Assembly (NCBI RefSeq): GCF_000143415.4 | Contig: NW_003314332.1 | Span: 310,001-374,000 of the forward strand | DNA length: 64,000 nt | Direction: 5' to 3' | Source: Selaginella moellendorffii | Taxonomy: Eukaryota; Plantae; Lycopodiophyta | In this document: positions 60,271 through 64,000 of the stretch, piece by piece | Layout: each line of letters starts with the position of its first letter | Position numbering within the stretch: the stretch's first letter is position 1 | Translations under genes and position numbers: made by a program | The notes under the pieces: model-generated | Seen by the model: only the letters and a program-made list of their open reading frames with translations | Database searches by the model: none | What the model was told of the DNA's origin: nothing

Positions 60271-61962
60271 ATGGGATTGTTCCAGCAGCTGGTTTTTCTG
60301 CTGTTGATCTTGTTGGCGCTGCGTTTGTGCCATGCAACGCGGGAGTTCTCGGGTCTCAGTGACGCGCAGCGGGAGCTTATGGAGCGCGACATTGTCATCA
60401 ACTTGGAGAAGGCCCAGCAAAACTTGCAGAAGGCCGCGCCGGCGGTCTTCTCGGATGAGGATTGCAAGGCGCAGATGAGCAACGTGCTGGGGATTCTGGC
60501 CAGAGTCGAGACATTCCTCCTCCAGGATGATTATGCCGGGGCAATCCAGCAGCTCTCGATCGTGAAGAAAATCCTTGGCGAGTGCAACACCGCGCTGGAA
60601 GCTAGTCACGTAAGAACTTTGCTTTGTACCTTTTTTACCAAGTCCGTTCGCTGTCAGGCACATTTGAGTCAAGCGCTCTTGTATCTCACGGGACAAGCGT
60701 TGACTCATGTGGATGCTGCCACAAATCTTCTCAATTCATTGGTAGACAAAGACAAGCTCAAAGGCATCTATAATCCTCCTGTTGGAGTCAACGATGGTAT
60801 TATATTATTCTATTTGTTTGGAGCGATGAACTAATCAATTGATCTTTTTCGTAGTTGGATCCACCGAAGCTCCATGCGAAGTTGACGGAACCGTTTGCCA
60901 GTTTTCTCCCTGCGGGCAAGGTAAAAACCTTCCAGTTTGTGCTCTTGGATTTGCAGCTGGAGTTGTGGGAGGAGCAAATGGCCTGGCCTACGTTGTCACG
61001 AATCCACAAGACGATGATCCCAAAATACCGGTGCCAGGAACTCTGAGATATGGGGTCTCTCTCGGGAACTCCGATGGAAATGGCGTGTGGATAACTTTTG
61101 CCGGGAACATGACCATCTTCCTCCAGGAGATGCTCTGGATTCGAAGCATGACAACCATCGACGGGCGGGGCTTCAACGTAACAATCACCGGAAGAAACTT
61201 GGTGCTCGGTGGCGTGAGCAATGTCATCTTACACAACCTCCAGATTAGCTCGGTGGGCGAGAGTGATACGATCCACATCTACGCCGGCTCCAAGAAGATC
61301 TGGGTCGATCATGTATCCTCCTGGGACGCCAGGCTCGGCCTCGTCTCGGTGCTCCAAGGATCCACGGACGTGACAATCTCCAACTCGCTTCTCACAAATC
61401 TAAACTTTAACATGCTCCTCGGGGCATCTGACGCTGATACTGAGGACAAGATCATGAGAGTCACGGTCTACAGAAATTGGTTCAAAGATTCAACGCAAAG
61501 AATGCCACACTGCAGGTATGTTCACGACACATTTTCCTCAACTTACATACGTAATTCACTGCTAGATGGGGTTACTGTCACGTCATCAACAATCTATACA
61601 CCAACTGGGGCTATTACGCGATAGGTGGAAGAGTGAACGCCAAGATCTTAAGTGACAACAATGTATTTGTAGCTGGCCGGAGGAGCGAAGTCACGCCATG
61701 GTTCAGTCTCCATGGTCCCGAGTTCGACACCACCGCAACCATCACGTCGTCCAACGATCTCTTCCTCAATGGGTCCACCTTTCACCAGTTCATGGGTGTT
61801 GAGCCAATGTCGCTGACCGAAGTCCCTCCCGCGTATCCGACCCCGGACCACAATCCTCCGATTCACTCCACGAGCACGCTGCCGCAATTCTTGGAGCAAT
61901 GCGCAGGAGCAATTTTTGGCGATAGTCTCGCGAGATGTATGTTTTCTTCCTCCAAAGTTTAA
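60271..61962 (+). CDS. Secreted PL1 pectate lyase-like protein with an N-terminal helical extension. Exons ~60271-60609, 60658-60796, 60855-61515, 61566-61962
   Basis: PGTLRYG, TIDGRG, SNVILHNL, IWVDH, STDVTISN, QRMPHCRWGYCHVINN, YAIGG; N-terminal signal peptide. Confidence 0.9.
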
Positions 61963-63009
61963 AGCCTTGTCGATGAAGGTGTTTGTGCTGTCAACTTGAT
62001 CTGATATATGGTTGAGAACCGAGTTATCTTCGTGTTGCTGAAGAAACTCTTCTTCTTATTAAATAGGTTCTAGTCGAAGATCCGCATACGCATTGACTGA
62101 TTTCTCCATCATCATGCAGTTGTGCTTTGAACTATTTCCTGTGTAATTAGAGTGGAACAGGAAAGATGCTAAACATGAGCATATCCCTCCCAAGAACTGG
62201 CAGAGGAGTCCTGATGATAAGATCGAGCAAAAAGAGAAAAGACCCGATTTTTAGGGTTATAGAAAATAACCCTAAGAAAATAGCTTAGGGTTATATAAAA
62301 GAAAATATAGATTTTAGTTTAATGTTCAATAATTCAATTTCTTCCTTAGAATATTCGATTGTTCCTGGAGGACAACTAGTTCGTGATTTGGTCATTTTAT
62401 TATTATTACGTACATTAAAACCCAACTGAGAAGTATAAGATTTTGGCATGGAAATTGGTCCAGCCGTCACTCACTCATCTATCTACGGGACAAAGTGTCT
62501 AAATTGAAAATTCCATTAACTAATATGTTCTCCCAAAGCAGAGGTGGTTATTTATGAGCAGTCATTGCTACAGACAAACCATGAGGCATGTTTAATCACT
62601 CCTTGGGACTTTTCCGCAATAGCAAATGCATTATATCTTGTCTTGTGAATCCTTATTATGACAACAGCATTAAAATGTTGGCTGCAACTCAGAAGAATGG
62701 TTTCGCTCAAGGCTTAACTCTTGTGGTAAACCTCCCAGGCCTGGGATCTTGTATTAACGAAAACACTACTAACCATATTAATTGTTATGGAGGGTTTCGG
62801 AATGAAAATACTACCATGAAATATGTATTAGTACTGCTAGACTGTTGTGTGAATAATGTTGATGGAAAACTTGAAATATGAAATTGTCTAGAGATGTAAG
62901 AAAAAAATTAGCTGGAAAATCCAGAATATGATTCTTTATTTATTTTATTTTATATTATTAGTGATATTTATATTTTAAATAATAATATATAGATAAAAAT
63001 TTGCATTTA

Positions 63010-64000
63010 TGAGGTCTAATTGTATTGTCCATATACTAATATTAAAAGCTTTATACTAATATTAGTGTAGTGGGATTTGATAGCCGTTGAATTAGTTTCA
63101 ATCTAGACCACTCACTCATGTATATAAACTAAGGTTTTTGGGCTAGTTGATATGCACATTTTATATTCTATTTCCATATTCCATGCACTCACATTAGTGG
63201 AGATGAGGGGTAATTTCAATTGTCCCTAAGAAGAGCTAGGATTTTAGTGTTTTTCAATTATCTAAATTTCACTTTCCTTATAAGTTTTTTAATTTCTTCT
63301 CTTTTGTTTTTTTTTTCTTTTATCTTCATGGCAAAGTGGTAGCTTTCTCCTCTTTGGATTCTAGAGTAGTAGTTGGTGCAATTGCTTAATGTTATGTAGT
63401 TGTAGTTAAACAATTAAATTTAGTTGATGGTAGTATTCATAGCACGTGATACATCTCATCTTGCTCTTGTTGTTAATTTTTGTGTCCGACTGGAGTTCTT
63501 CCATATGAATCATGGGGATGATATGTACCATTAGTTCAATCACTTTATGGTGATTGCCACATATCATTCTTGGAAGATGCTCAATGTTTGCATGAGTTTT
63601 CCATGTGTCTCCAAGGGATGGTGATGTAGTGGTACAATGGTTTAAGTGTAGTCATTTATGTGAATTGGAGCATTCTCCCAAGCATCTTCAAACGTGCATT
63701 TGGACATATAAATGATTGTGATAATGCTTTTCAACAATTGCATCGTCTTCGTAAAAAACCATCTAAGTTAGTAATGCAATTTGGTGTTTGTTTTTAGAGC
63801 TTTTTACTTCGTGCAAAGCTAAATATGTTGGAGTGGATCAAGTTAAAATGTTGTGGTTAGCACTTTGTCAAAATATTGTAAAACTTATGTATACACTTGC
63901 TTTAGCCACCCTTGATAGTACTCTCCACTTGGCACAACATTATGAGACATTACTTCTTCCACTTTTTGCAACCTATTCTTTAACTCCACTTTTTATGGGA
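63010..64000. repeat. Degenerate dispersed repeat homologous to 25140-26130
   Basis: Colinear shared blocks. Confidence 0.65.

Overview
Eukaryotic land-plant genomic DNA. The compact genes and 48-86 nt GT-AG introns suggest a lycophyte such as Selaginella, but that is an inference. The first ~51 kb is a nest of transposable elements: three Ty3/Gypsy LTR families (here A = chromovirus, B, and C = LARD-like), a CACTA-like gene fragment, a decayed Mutator-like (MULE) transposase, Gypsy and Copia relics, and two TRIMs. An island at 18.9-21.7 kb holds two Fic-domain genes between ~330-bp inverted repeats. From 52.6 to 62 kb is a dense gene block: cold-shock domain protein, multi-TM hybrid histidine kinase, SAR1, GASA/Snakin and a pectate lyase-like gene. 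Main highlights: (1) a young Cassandra-type TRIM tandem array with 5S rRNA-derived LTRs (3 LTRs, 400-bp period, GTCAT target-site duplication); (2) the same 5S-bearing LTR sits as the 5' LTR, 3 nt from the PBS, of a near-intact gag-pol chromovirus, which may identify the helper element that mobilises Cassandra; (3) a pair of Fic AMPylase genes with intact catalytic loops but no recognisable autoinhibitory glutamate. All alignments were done by eye and no databases were searched.
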